IMG/VR virus record: IMGVR_UViG_3300046718_000581
Span: 1 to 54,190 of that record
Direction: 5' to 3' (one strand)
Length of the DNA stretch: 54,190 nt
From: a virus
Taxonomy: Duplodnaviria > Caudoviricetes
The notes below the pieces were generated by a model. It had not been told where the DNA came from and did not search any database. It worked only from the letters and a program-made list of their open reading frames with translations. This document shows positions 27,084 to 37,106 of the stretch, piece by piece (within the stretch, counting starts at the first letter, position 1; each line of letters opens with the position of its first letter). A program made the position numbers and the translations under genes.

Positions 27084-27745
27084 AGCTGAACACGTTCGAG
27101 GGTGAAGTCGTCGTTGCAGGCGTGTCTCGCGAGGTCGGGTACGACGGCGAGGCTCTCCAGGTCTACGGTGTGGGGCCGGAGGAAGTCCTGGCCCTGTTGC
27201 AACACCTTTCGACCATGGCCGCCCCAGAACCTTCGGTGACACCCGTCACCGCCGCACCGTCGCCTCAGAAGCCGCGCAAGGCGCGTTCCGACATGGGCAA
27301 GGTCAGGACCCCTGCCGCCAAGAAAAACGGCGCAGCGAGGCGGGCAGAGGCCGTGGAGAGCGAACCCGCCCTGGCGCTCGTCCCCCCCATTCCAGTGGAA
27401 GGAACCGAGGTGACGACCGGCACCGCGCCGATTGAGGTCGAGGGCCACTCGGACAGGCTGGACAAGCCGCCCGAGAACCCGTTCGTGGAGGACGGCCCGG
27501 ACACCCAGGCGACCGACGCGGCCGCGCGGCACCACCGGCTCGGTGAGCCGCTGCCCGATGACCTGGCGCGTGCGAAATCGCTCAAGGACGTGGCCGCCTA
27601 CTTCTGTGAGCAGCAGGGTGTCAGGACCCGGACGGAGTTGCTCAAGTGCTGCGAGGCGTGGCGGGACCACATCCCGCTGCTCGCTCGTGTCGGGAACCTG
27701 CCTGACCGCATCGAGGGCGTCGCGGAAATGTTCGGCTTGTCGTGA
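27080..27745 (+). CDS. Hypothetical protein
   Basis: GGGGAG RBS; GTGA overlap with the polymerase. Confidence 0.65.
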   Translation: MKLNTFEGEVVVAGVSREVGYDGEALQVYGVGPEEVLALLQHLSTMAAPEPSVTPVTAAPSPQKPRKARSDMGKVRTPAAKKNGAARRAEAVESEPALALVPPIPVEGTEVTTGTAPIEVEGHSDRLDKPPENPFVEDGPDTQATDAAARHHRLGEPLPDDLARAKSLKDVAAYFCEQQGVRTRTELLKCCEAWRDHIPLLARVGNLPDRIEGVAEMFGLS

Positions 27746-30276
27746 GCAACCTGCCGCTGTTCCACGGGGAGCCGCGCGCGCTGGTCGAGGTCACGGAGTC
27801 CGTCGAGGTCATGACGGACTGCCAGCGATGCACGCTGGGGGACATCTCGCGCGAGGCGGTGACGGCCAGTTGTATCCCGGCCGAGGGGGCGCCCGGTGGC
27901 GTGCTCGTGGTGGGGGAGCATGCGCGCGAGGCCGACGCGGAGCCCGGCCGCCCGTTCTGTGGCGCGACCGGCGCGATGGTGCGCAAGCTGGTGGGGGCGC
28001 ACTGGACGGGGCCGGTGGCCTATGACTACGCGGTGCGGTGCCGGCCGGCGGGGCTGGCGGACGTCGGCAAGAAGATCGCCAATGCCTGCCGCGGCCATCT
28101 GGCGCAGACCGTCCGCGAAGCCGCGCCGACTCGCATCATCGCGCTCGGGCCCTGGGCCGCGTTCTCACTGCTGGGGCGTAAGGTCGACATGCACCGCGCC
28201 TACGGTTGGCTGTACGGCCCGCCGCCCGTGCCCGTGTTCTGCTTGCCCTCGCCGCGCGCCGCCGGCCACAACCGGCTGGAGCGCAAGCGGTTCGCCACGG
28301 ACGTGGCGTGGGCGCTGACCTGTGCCGCGCCTGACGTTCCGCCGTGGTCGCGTCAGGTCGGCATCGTGACGAGCGGACACCAGGCCGAGTTGGCGGCCAC
28401 CGAGTTGTGCCGCGGCCGCTTCATCGCGTACGACTGCGAGACGTTCGGCCGGATGTTCTCGCCCGAGTTCCGACTGCTGTGCGTCGGCGTCTCGTCCCTC
28501 ACGACCACGTGGGTGTGGCCGGCCGAGGCGCTCGCGGACCCGGGCTGCCGCCGCGTGCTGGAGGACCTGCTCACGGACGTGCGAATCAAGAAGACCGCGG
28601 CCAACTTCAAGTTCGACTCGACGGCCATCCGCTGCGGCCTCGGCGTCGAGGTCCGCGGGTTCTATGGCGACACGTACCTGTGGCCCAAGCTCATCGACCC
28701 GGACGGCCCGGGTGACCTGGAGTCGCTCGCCGAGTTGGTGGGCATGGGCGGCCACAAGGAAGAGGCGTACCGCTACGTCGACAAGGCCAAGCGCGCGCTG
28801 AACGCCTGGGGCAAGGACGCCAAGGCGGTGCCGGTCGTCCATGAGCAGGCGGTCGTGCAGGTGCTCGACGAGTCCGTGCGTGAGGCTGTTCGGTCGGGCA
28901 TCGACGCCGAGTCCTACGCGTACGGGATGGTGCCGCGCGACGTGCTGCAAATCTACTGCGGCCGCGACGCTCTGTCGTGCGCGCTACTGACCGACCACTA
29001 CGAGTCGCTTATGGCGGACGAGCCCAGCCTGGCCCGCGTGTGGTCGCGCATCGTGCGGCCCGCGTCGCAGGCGTGCGAACAGATCGAAGCCTGGGGCATC
29101 GGCCTGGACGAGGACGCCGTGCGCGCCTTCGGTGGGCGCCTGCGCCTGCTCATCGACGACGCCAAGGTCTCGCTCGCACAGTACGAGTTCAACCCCGACT
29201 CCCCACTTCAAGTGGCGAAACTGCTGTACGGCAAGCTGGGGCTGCACCCCAAGAAGTTGACCGACACCGGCAAGCCGTCGACCGACGCCGACTCGCTGGA
29301 GGCACTGCGCGGTCACCATCCGGTGGTCGATGACCTGCTGACGTACCGCAAGCTGACCAAGATGCTCGGCACCTACGCCGACGGGATGCTTCCTCATGTG
29401 CGCCCCGATGGACGTGTGCATCCCAGCTTCCGCATCGCGGGCGCGCGGTCGGGCCGCATCTCGTGCGAGCGGCCCAACATGCAGAACGCGCCGCGCGCCG
29501 GCACGCCGGATGGCAAGGAGTTCCGCGACTGCTTCATCGCGCCGCCCGGCCGCATGTTGGTCGAGGCGGACTTCTCCCAGCTTGAACTGCGCATCGCCTG
29601 CATGTTGTCGGGGGACGACGAGATGCTGCGGCTCTTCACGTCGGGCGTCGACTTCCACAAGGAGACGGCCAAGTTCATCGCGCCGATGGTGTGGGGCGTG
29701 CGACCGGACGACGTGACGGACGAGCACCGCTCGCGCACCAAGACCTTCGTGTTCGGCGTCATCTACGGGATGTCCGATGCTGGGATTGTCGCGCGCACCG
29801 GCTGCTCGCGGCAGGAGGCCGCCGCCATCCGCAACGCCATCCTCGGCAAGTTCAGTAAGCTGGCGTCGTGGGTCGAGGACCGCGTGGTCGAGGCGCACGA
29901 GACGGGCATGACCTGGACGTACTGGGAGGGCCGCCGGTTCCGCCGCCGCCCGCTGCTCGGCATCGGGGACGAGGCTGACCTCGTGCGGTCGGAGGCGGAG
30001 CGCGCCAGCTACAACACGGCGGTGCAGGGCACGGCGTCGGACTATTGCCTCGCGTCGCTCGCCTCGCTGACCGACTGGTGCGTTCGCTCGCGTCAGGGCG
30101 ACAAGGTCGTGCTGACCGTTCACGACTCGATCATGACGGAGTGTGATGAGGCGCGGGTGCCCGAGGTGGCGGCGCACATGCGCGCCACGATGTGCTCGTG
30201 GGACTCCGGCCCGGTGCCGCTGGCCGTCGATGTGAAAGTGGGGCAGCAGTGGGGAAGCATGTCGAAATTGACTTGA
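27742..30276 (+). CDS. polA: Family A DNA polymerase with N-terminal family-4 UDG-like and 3'-5' exonuclease domains
   Basis: CxxC, VVGE....GRPF.G.TG; DCET, N.KFD, YCGRD; DFSQLELR, R..K..FG..YG, VHDS. Confidence 0.93.
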   Translation: MSNLPLFHGEPRALVEVTESVEVMTDCQRCTLGDISREAVTASCIPAEGAPGGVLVVGEHAREADAEPGRPFCGATGAMVRKLVGAHWTGPVAYDYAVRCRPAGLADVGKKIANACRGHLAQTVREAAPTRIIALGPWAAFSLLGRKVDMHRAYGWLYGPPPVPVFCLPSPRAAGHNRLERKRFATDVAWALTCAAPDVPPWSRQVGIVTSGHQAELAATELCRGRFIAYDCETFGRMFSPEFRLLCVGVSSLTTTWVWPAEALADPGCRRVLEDLLTDVRIKKTAANFKFDSTAIRCGLGVEVRGFYGDTYLWPKLIDPDGPGDLESLAELVGMGGHKEEAYRYVDKAKRALNAWGKDAKAVPVVHEQAVVQVLDESVREAVRSGIDAESYAYGMVPRDVLQIYCGRDALSCALLTDHYESLMADEPSLARVWSRIVRPASQACEQIEAWGIGLDEDAVRAFGGRLRLLIDDAKVSLAQYEFNPDSPLQVAKLLYGKLGLHPKKLTDTGKPSTDADSLEALRGHHPVVDDLLTYRKLTKMLGTYADGMLPHVRPDGRVHPSFRIAGARSGRISCERPNMQNAPRAGTPDGKEFRDCFIAPPGRMLVEADFSQLELRIACMLSGDDEMLRLFTSGVDFHKETAKFIAPMVWGVRPDDVTDEHRSRTKTFVFGVIYGMSDAGIVARTGCSRQEAAAIRNAILGKFSKLASWVEDRVVEAHETGMTWTYWEGRRFRRRPLLGIGDEADLVRSEAERASYNTAVQGTASDYCLASLASLTDWCVRSRQGDKVVLTVHDSIMTECDEARVPEVAAHMRATMCSWDSGPVPLAVDVKVGQQWGSMSKLT

Positions 30277-30319
30277 CGATGGCTACACAATAGTAGTACC
30301 CAATATTGGAGGCGTGCTG

Positions 30320-30775
30320 ATGGCTGGTAAGCGCGGGCAGTTGCCCGATGAAGACGAGTACCTGCTGGAGTGCCTGAAGATTGAGCCCCTCGCGCTGTCC
30401 GAGGAGTTCATTCGGTTGCCGGGGGATTTCGCGTACTGGGCAGGCAAGTACGCGACGGCGACCGAGGACTACCTCAAGGCCAAGGCGGGATGCGAGCATG
30501 AGTACGCGCGCCTCTACCTGCTGGCTGGGCAGAAGGTGAACCCGGCGTCGGGCAAGCCGTACACGGTCGAGGCGCTCAAGTCGCTCGTCGAAGTGGAGGA
30601 CGACTACCAGGCCGCCCACCTCGCCGAGATTGAAGCCGAGGTGACGCTGACCAAGGCGAAGAACACCCTGGAGGCCATCCGCACGAAGCGCGACATGGCC
30701 GTCCAGCTTGGCGCCCAGGTGCGCCAGGAGATGCAGGCAGACCCGCTCACGCGGGACCGTAGCAGCAGGCGTTAA
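30320..30775 (+). CDS. UvsY-like helical recombination mediator
   Basis: All-helical, between polymerase and SSB; YTVEALKS.VE....Y pattern. Confidence 0.5.
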   Translation: MAGKRGQLPDEDEYLLECLKIEPLALSEEFIRLPGDFAYWAGKYATATEDYLKAKAGCEHEYARLYLLAGQKVNPASGKPYTVEALKSLVEVEDDYQAAHLAEIEAEVTLTKAKNTLEAIRTKRDMAVQLGAQVRQEMQADPLTRDRSSRR

Positions 30776-30818
30776 CCGGCACCGCCCAATATCGGGCACG
30801 CCGCAACGAGGAGACCAC

Positions 30819-31505
30819 ATGAGCAACATGCGAGAGTTCACCGAGTACACCCCCGAGATGGCCGATGCGGAGCGCAAGGCCGTCAACAACGCGAAGAAGA
30901 ATTTCAAGTTCCCCGAGGGCAAGACGCAGTTCCGCGTGTTCCCCGGCCTGCGCGGCAAGAGCCCGTTCATGATTACGCAGCGCCATTGGGTGAGCGTCAG
31001 CGCGGACCAGCGCCGCCCGCTCACCTGCATGGGCGCCGGCTGCCCGCTGTGTCAGCGGTCGTCCGAAGCATCGCGCGCGGGTGACGACGTCACGTCCAAG
31101 GAGTTCGCGGCCCGCTCGACGTACGCGTGCCTCATTGTGGACCGCGCCAACGAGGAGGCCGGCCCGCAGGTGGCCGAGCTGTCGTGGTCGGTGTACGACC
31201 GGCTCAACGGGTTCGTCGAGCAGTACGGCGACTTCTCCAGCGCGACCGAGGGCTACGACATCATCGTCAAGCGCGTCGGCACCGGCAAGATGGACACGAA
31301 GTACACGACCGACCCCATCCTCAAGCCCAAGCGCAAGCTGGCCAAGGACGACGCCCAGCTTGAAGAGTGGCTGGCGACGCTGCCCAGCCTGGAGGACTCG
31401 GCCCCGCTCGGCACCCCCGAGATGATTCGCAAGCTGACCGGCGCGGGCCACACCCGCGACCCCGGGCGCCTGCCGGCCAAGCGTTCCGTCTCCGACGACG
31501 TGTAG
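30819..31505 (+). CDS. gp32-like single-stranded DNA-binding protein
   Basis: FRVFP, H...C....CPLC zinc site, GYDIIVKR.GTG..TKY. Confidence 0.8.
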   Translation: MSNMREFTEYTPEMADAERKAVNNAKKNFKFPEGKTQFRVFPGLRGKSPFMITQRHWVSVSADQRRPLTCMGAGCPLCQRSSEASRAGDDVTSKEFAARSTYACLIVDRANEEAGPQVAELSWSVYDRLNGFVEQYGDFSSATEGYDIIVKRVGTGKMDTKYTTDPILKPKRKLAKDDAQLEEWLATLPSLEDSAPLGTPEMIRKLTGAGHTRDPGRLPAKRSVSDDV

Positions 31506-31513
31506 TCTCTCCC

Positions 31514-31543
31514 CCGAAAGGGTGCAGCCCTGCACCCTTTCGG
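31514..31543 (+). terminator. 13-bp perfect hairpin after SSB
   Basis: CCGAAAGGGTGCA-GCCC-TGCACCCTTTCGG. Confidence 0.6.
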
Positions 31544-31617
31544 TTCCTCCTGAACGCCGAGGCACTAGGCGTGGCAGCCCGGAGAGACGGGTGTTTCGCC
31601 GTCGGGAGGGCCTGAGC

Positions 31618-32607
31618 ATGACTGTCAAAGAGTCGTTCTTCAACGGAGCCGTGACTCGTGAGTTGGTGTTCCACCCTGTTGCCCGTCTTCATCCGCCGCC
31701 GTTCAACCCACCGATTCGGAGTGATGATCCGAAGCTGAACAACCTGCGCCGGCAGATCGATGCGGCGGGCGGCGTTCTCTGCCCAGTGCATGCTGTGCGC
31801 AGTTCTGAAGATTTGAGGGATGGGACACGCCGCGTCATCATCTCCAACGAGCGCGGCACGACGCATTTGTGGACGTATCTGTATGACGGCCCTCAGCATC
31901 TGATCGACCTCATCGTCAAGGTGCTTAACACGTCTCAGGCGCACTACACTAAGGCGCACTGGGTGGCTTCTACTATCCTTGGGGGTCCGACCCCGCCCGC
32001 TGCCATCCTCACCACCGTCAAGTTGTTGACTGACAATTTTTCCCAGGGTGAGCTTGAGAGTTTCGTCTACGGTTGCGTGAACCTTCCTCCGACTTTGGTT
32101 TCGTTGGCGCAGGACGTAGCCGACCGGATCAAGGTGGCTGGGGACGTTTACCGTGATGTGTTCCGCGTCGCGTTCGTGTGGCTCGTGAACTTAGGTCAGC
32201 AAGGCCCGTTCAGAAATTGGCGCAACCATCTCCCTGCTGCTCAAGGCGGCGTTCAGAAGCAGAACGCAAAGCTGCGTGCGTGCGTTGCTAGTAGCGTGGC
32301 TTTGTCGAACGCAAGGGCCCGACCGCCGAAGGCCAGAATTTCTAGGGGCAGCAACGGGCACGGGTACTGTGTGGTGCGGCCCGTACCGAAACCGAAGGTG
32401 CCGAAGAAGGCCCCGTTCACCGGAGACCGCCAAGGGCTGACGGCGTTTGAGTGGGCGCGAGCGAATGGGCACCTCGATGTCGAGGCTGCGATGCGGAAGT
32501 ACGAGGCTGCTTGTAGGGCCAAGGGGCTCAAGACTCGGCGTAACTGGTGGGCCGACATCGCTCGTGGGAAGATCGGACGCCTTTCTTTTCCTGACCTTTT
32601 GCCGTAG
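31618..32607 (+). CDS. Hypothetical protein with ParB/Srx-like N-terminus, atypical codon usage
   Basis: NPPIR...L..QI...G.LCPV...DGTRR; many T/A-ending codons. Confidence 0.55.
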   Translation: MTVKESFFNGAVTRELVFHPVARLHPPPFNPPIRSDDPKLNNLRRQIDAAGGVLCPVHAVRSSEDLRDGTRRVIISNERGTTHLWTYLYDGPQHLIDLIVKVLNTSQAHYTKAHWVASTILGGPTPPAAILTTVKLLTDNFSQGELESFVYGCVNLPPTLVSLAQDVADRIKVAGDVYRDVFRVAFVWLVNLGQQGPFRNWRNHLPAAQGGVQKQNAKLRACVASSVALSNARARPPKARISRGSNGHGYCVVRPVPKPKVPKKAPFTGDRQGLTAFEWARANGHLDVEAAMRKYEAACRAKGLKTRRNWWADIARGKIGRLSFPDLLP

Positions 32608-32620
32608 AGGAGAATCTCGG

Positions 32621-32929
32621 ATGTCATCGACCGTTCAAGGCAGTATTCAGTGGGTGCTCGGCTTGCTGTCCGGCGCTCGTATCGAGGGCCAGGATGATGT
32701 GCCTCAAGCGCACTTTGACGAGGGCTTGGCGCTTGCCGACTTCAGGGAGCACGTGGCCCCGCTGCTCAGCGCGCCGGAGTACGTGTCATTGCTGGCCGTA
32801 CTCGACGCGGTTTCGTTGGCCAGGATAGACCTGATCGCTGCATGCGCGGCGCTCAGTGCTGAGGAGTTCACTCGTTTGGACTCAACTGTTGGTGCGGTTG
32901 TGGTGGAACTGGATCGAGCGGAGGCGTGA
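32621..32929 (+). CDS. Hypothetical protein
   Basis: GAGGAG RBS; GTGA overlap with the next gene. Confidence 0.6.
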   Translation: MSSTVQGSIQWVLGLLSGARIEGQDDVPQAHFDEGLALADFREHVAPLLSAPEYVSLLAVLDAVSLARIDLIAACAALSAEEFTRLDSTVGAVVVELDRAEA

Positions 32930-34026
32930 GAATCGCATTCGTAGCCGACATCCACGCCGGCAACCACCAGAGGCACGGCGGCGCCGTCGAGGCGGGGCTC
33001 AACGCTCGTTGTCGTGCAGTCGTCGACGCGTTGATGCGCGCGGTCGACCGTGCTCGTGAGTTGCAGTGCGGGGCGTTGGCCGTGCTCGGGGACCTGTTCG
33101 ACTCCGCGTCGCCCTCTCCGCAGGTCATCGCCGCGGTGCAGCAGGCGTTGCGCGGTGTCGAGACGTACCTGCTCCTCGGCAACCACGACATGGTGAGCAT
33201 GGCGCCGGGCGACCACGCGCTCGGACCGCTCGACGGCTTCAACATGATCGAGGTGGTCGAGCGGCCGACGGTCATCTCGGTCGGCGATGCTGAGTTGTGG
33301 ACGGTTCCCTTCCAGCCGGGCGACGCCCGGAAGTGGCTGCCCAAGACGCTGGCCACCAGCTTCCAGAACATCCAGCCACCGAAGCACCGCATCCTGTGCC
33401 TGCATCTGGGGCTCATCGATGAGAGCACGCCGCCCTACCTCAAGGACGCGCACGACGCGGTGCCGGTCAGTCTGGTGGAGGAGTTGAAGGCGCACTACGG
33501 CATCGACTGCGTGCTCGCCGGGAACTGGCACTCGCGCAAGCGGTGGGGCAACGTCATGCAGGTGGGCGCCCTGGTGCCGACCGGCTGGGACAACCCGGGC
33601 CTGACGGGGTACGGCTCCCTCGTCATCTACGACTCGGCGGACAAGACGTTGACCGTGCGCGAGATACCCGGCCCGCGGTTCATCAAGGCCCGCATGCCCG
33701 AGGACGTTGACGCCGCCATCGAGGGCGCCCCCGAGGGGACGCAGCTCTACCTTCAGTACGTCGCGCCGCCCGACCAGCTCGACGAGGCCCGGAAGCTGGT
33801 CGACAGCCTGGGCATGGTGTTCACCGCTGCCGAGGTGATACCCGATGGCGCGGCCGCCGAGAGCGCCGCCCGCGGTGCCGCCGATGCCGCGCGGTCCACC
33901 GAGACGCTCATCGAGGCGTTGAACGCGTTCGTCAAGGAGATGCCCTTGGACGAGGGTGTCGACCGTGAGCTTGTGCTACTGCGCGCCCGCGAGTACCTGT
34001 GGGCGACACCGTCGGAGGAGACGTGA
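32926..34026 (+). CDS. Mre11/SbcD-like nuclease
   Basis: DIH, GDLFD, GNHD, GNWH. Confidence 0.9.
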   Translation: MRIAFVADIHAGNHQRHGGAVEAGLNARCRAVVDALMRAVDRARELQCGALAVLGDLFDSASPSPQVIAAVQQALRGVETYLLLGNHDMVSMAPGDHALGPLDGFNMIEVVERPTVISVGDAELWTVPFQPGDARKWLPKTLATSFQNIQPPKHRILCLHLGLIDESTPPYLKDAHDAVPVSLVEELKAHYGIDCVLAGNWHSRKRWGNVMQVGALVPTGWDNPGLTGYGSLVIYDSADKTLTVREIPGPRFIKARMPEDVDAAIEGAPEGTQLYLQYVAPPDQLDEARKLVDSLGMVFTAAEVIPDGAAAESAARGAADAARSTETLIEALNAFVKEMPLDEGVDRELVLLRAREYLWATPSEET

Positions 34027-35657
34027 AGGTTCGGTCCATCACGCTGCGAGAGTTCATGAGCCACATCGCGTCGAAGGTCGAGTTGCCCGACCACGGCGTG
34101 GTGCTGGTGACCGGCCCCAACGGGGCTGGCAAGTCCTCGCTCATCGAGGCGGTCGCGGTCGCGTGCTGGGGCAAGTCGCTCCGCGGCACGAGCCCCTGGC
34201 GCCCGGGTGTCGACGGCACGGTGACCGTGGAGGCGGACACCTCGTTGGTCGTGGACCGCGGCCGGCTGAACGACCGTGGCATCTTGTGGTGGTCGCTCCA
34301 CGGCCACGCCGAGAAGTTCGAGTCCGCCACCAAGGCGCAGGCCGCCCTCGAACACGTCGTCGGCACCTTGGACCTCTGGCGTCGCACGCACGTGTTCTCA
34401 TCCGCCGACGCGGCGCACTTCACGATGGCGACCGACGGCGAGCGCAAGCGGTTGCTGGAGGCGATGCTGGGCCTCGACCGCTTCGACGACGCGTTGGACC
34501 AGTGCCGCGCGGACTTGAAGAAGGCGGTCTCCGAGCACCACAACTTGGAGAACGCCGTCGAGTTGCTGCTGCTGTCGCAGGCTGCCCAGCATCGCCGCCG
34601 GGATGAGGCCCGCACCCATCTCAACGAGTTGCACGAGCCCGGCGACGTCGCGGCGCTACAGGCCGACCTGCTGAATCTGGAACGGCTCATCCGTGTGTAC
34701 GACGGCGACTACGCAGGGCTGCGCAAGCGCCTGCGCGAGGCCGACGCCGCGGCCGCCCGCGCGGATGCAGACGCCGAGCACGCGAAGTGCGCCCTTGACG
34801 GGTTCAAGGGCGGCAAGTGTCCGACCTGCCACGAGACGCTGCCGCGCCTGCGGTACAAGGACTTGCAGGACCGCGCCCGGGTGGCGGAGGTGTCGGCCAT
34901 CAAGGTTCGGCAGACGACCAGCCAGGCGCGCGCCGACGTCGAGTCCGACGCCCGGTCGTTGGAGGAAGAGCAGGCCGCGCTCGCCCGGAAGCGCCACGAT
35001 GTCGCCGCGCAGGTGTCGGCGGCCCGCGCCATGGAGACGACGCGCAAGAGCCTGCAAGCGGTGCTCGACTCCGCGGACAAGGACCTGGACCACATCGCCA
35101 AGCAGTTGGCGTCCGGTGACCTGTCCCGCATGGAGGCCGCCAAGACGGTCGGTGAGTTGGAGGCGGTCGAGCGGGTGCTGGGGTTGAAGGGCGTGCGCGC
35201 CCACGTCCTCAGCCGTACCCTGGGTGGGCTCCAGTTCTGCGCCAACGCGTGGCTGGCGCGCATCGCAGGCCCTGACCTGCGGCTCAAGCTCCAGGCGTAC
35301 AGCGAGAAGAAGAGCGGCGGTGTGAGCGACGCCATCGGCCTGGAGGTGGAGGGCGCGGGCGGCGGTCATGGGTACCGCGCCGCCTCGGGTGGCGAGCGCC
35401 GCCGCATCGACGTCGCCCTGCTCATGGCGCTGGCCGAGGTAGCCCAGGCCGCGCATGGACAGTCGTCGGGCACGACGCTGTTCTTCGACGAGGTGTTCGA
35501 TGCGCTCGACCCGGCGGGGGTCGACGCGGTCGCCCGGGCGCTCGACGACCTCGGGCAAACCCGCACCGTCGTGGTCATTTCGCATTCCGACGACCTCGCG
35601 GAGCGGCTGACGCCCGCGCTCCGGTTGCGCGTCACGCCCGGAGGCGTTCTCACGTGA
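34023..35657 (+). CDS. Rad50/SbcC-like ATPase
   Basis: GPNGAGKS, CPTC hook, SGGE signature, FFDE, ISH. Confidence 0.92.
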   Translation: MKVRSITLREFMSHIASKVELPDHGVVLVTGPNGAGKSSLIEAVAVACWGKSLRGTSPWRPGVDGTVTVEADTSLVVDRGRLNDRGILWWSLHGHAEKFESATKAQAALEHVVGTLDLWRRTHVFSSADAAHFTMATDGERKRLLEAMLGLDRFDDALDQCRADLKKAVSEHHNLENAVELLLLSQAAQHRRRDEARTHLNELHEPGDVAALQADLLNLERLIRVYDGDYAGLRKRLREADAAAARADADAEHAKCALDGFKGGKCPTCHETLPRLRYKDLQDRARVAEVSAIKVRQTTSQARADVESDARSLEEEQAALARKRHDVAAQVSAARAMETTRKSLQAVLDSADKDLDHIAKQLASGDLSRMEAAKTVGELEAVERVLGLKGVRAHVLSRTLGGLQFCANAWLARIAGPDLRLKLQAYSEKKSGGVSDAIGLEVEGAGGGHGYRAASGGERRRIDVALLMALAEVAQAAHGQSSGTTLFFDEVFDALDPAGVDAVARALDDLGQTRTVVVISHSDDLAERLTPALRLRVTPGGVLT

Positions 35658-36565
35658 AGATCTACCTCGCCGTCGCCACGATGGAAGGCGTGCCCAAGGT
35701 GCTCGCGCACCCGCGCCCGTCGCAGATACTCCTGTCGTATCACTACTTCGGCCGCGCCGACCTCGGGCAGTTGTTCCAGGGGCGCAAGGTGGACGTGTTC
35801 GCGGACTCCGGCGCGTTCTCCGCCGCGGCCAATGGCGGCACCGTCGTGCTGGAGGACTACCTCGCCTGGGTCAAGCGGTGGGAGTCGTTGCTCACCGTGG
35901 CGTGCGCACCGGACGTCATCGGCGATGCCGAGGCGACCGCGCGCGACACCGAGACGATGCTGGCTCTCGGGCTCAAGGTGCCGGTGTTGCCCGTCTTCCA
36001 TGTTGGCGAGCCGTGGGAGTTCTTGCAGCACTGGGCCAAGCGGGTGCCGTACCTCGCGCTCGGCGGTCTCGTGCCCTACCTCCTGCGCAGCCGCACCCTG
36101 CTCTCGCACTGGCTGGACAAGGCGTTCACCTTCCTGACGGACCAGCAGGTTCACGCGTTCGGTTGCACGACCGCGTCGTTGCTCCAGCGGTTCCCGTTCT
36201 ACTCGGCGGACTCCTCGACGTGGAGCACGGGCCGGCGGTACGCCAAGATCTTCCTCTTCGATGGCGCCCGCGTTCGCGAGATAAACCTCCGGTCGCGTCA
36301 GTCGGTGCTGGAGAACCGCGCGCTGCTCCGGTCGTATGGCGTGGCTGACCTTCGTGATGTCGCAATGCGGACCTCGTCAATCCAACTTCAAGCAGACCTA
36401 GGCGTAGAGTCATGCTACCGTCTTGCAGATTGGATTGAGGAGCGCCGGAATGGTCGAGCTGCACGAGCCCTCGTTGGTCCCGCTGGGCAAGCTACAGAAG
36501 GCGCCGTACAACCCCCGGACGATGGCGCCGGCCGAGATGGAGCGGCTGAAGGCATCGATTCGTGA
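35654..36565 (+). CDS. DpdA/TGT-like guanine transglycosylase
   Basis: LLSY, DSGAFS, DVIGD, PVFH, ALGG, HAFG, SADSSTW. Confidence 0.8.
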   Translation: MKIYLAVATMEGVPKVLAHPRPSQILLSYHYFGRADLGQLFQGRKVDVFADSGAFSAAANGGTVVLEDYLAWVKRWESLLTVACAPDVIGDAEATARDTETMLALGLKVPVLPVFHVGEPWEFLQHWAKRVPYLALGGLVPYLLRSRTLLSHWLDKAFTFLTDQQVHAFGCTTASLLQRFPFYSADSSTWSTGRRYAKIFLFDGARVREINLRSRQSVLENRALLRSYGVADLRDVAMRTSSIQLQADLGVESCYRLADWIEERRNGRAARALVGPAGQATEGAVQPPDDGAGRDGAAEGIDS

Positions 36566-37106
36566 GTTCGGCTTCGCCGAGCCCGTCATCGCGCGCCGCG
36601 AAGACTTCCTGGTGGTCGGCGGCCACCAGCGCATCCAGGCACTGACGGAGATACTGACCGAGGACGGGGCGCCCGACGCGGACGCCGTGACCGTCCCGAC
36701 CATCCTCTTGACCGGCGTCGACGACGCGCGCGCCAAGGCCCTGAACCTCGCGCTCAACCGCATCTCGGGTGAGTGGGACTACGAGAAGCTGGGCGTGCTG
36801 CTCGCCGAGTTCGAGGCGACCGACCCCTCGCTCATCGGCCTGACGGGCTTCACCGAGGCTGAGGCGGCCGACATCTTGAACGTGGCTGGTGATGATACGT
36901 TCCAGCCGCAGCCCTCGTCCGAGCCCCCGCCGGACGTCGACGACCTGCTCGCCCAGGACCGCCGGCGCTTCCGGTTCTTCGTGGAGACGGACGAGGGCGC
37001 GGCCGCAGTACGCGAGGCCCTGGCCACGTTCGACCCGACCGACGCGTCCCGCTCTCTGGTCCTCATGGCGCAGGCCATTCTCGATAGCGCCAAGGGTCCA
37101 CAGTGA
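36450..37106 (+). CDS. ParB-like N-terminal domain protein
   Basis: YNPR, SIREFGFAEPV, VVGGHQR, LNLALNRISGEWD. Confidence 0.88.
   Translation: MVELHEPSLVPLGKLQKAPYNPRTMAPAEMERLKASIREFGFAEPVIARREDFLVVGGHQRIQALTEILTEDGAPDADAVTVPTILLTGVDDARAKALNLALNRISGEWDYEKLGVLLAEFEATDPSLIGLTGFTEAEAADILNVAGDDTFQPQPSSEPPPDVDDLLAQDRRRFRFFVETDEGAAAVREALATFDPTDASRSLVLMAQAILDSAKGPQ

Noticed and set aside
30268-30300. Additional operator-bearing promoter after polA
   Set aside because: Only a half site (ATGGCTA) and no convincing -10 at 16-17 bp
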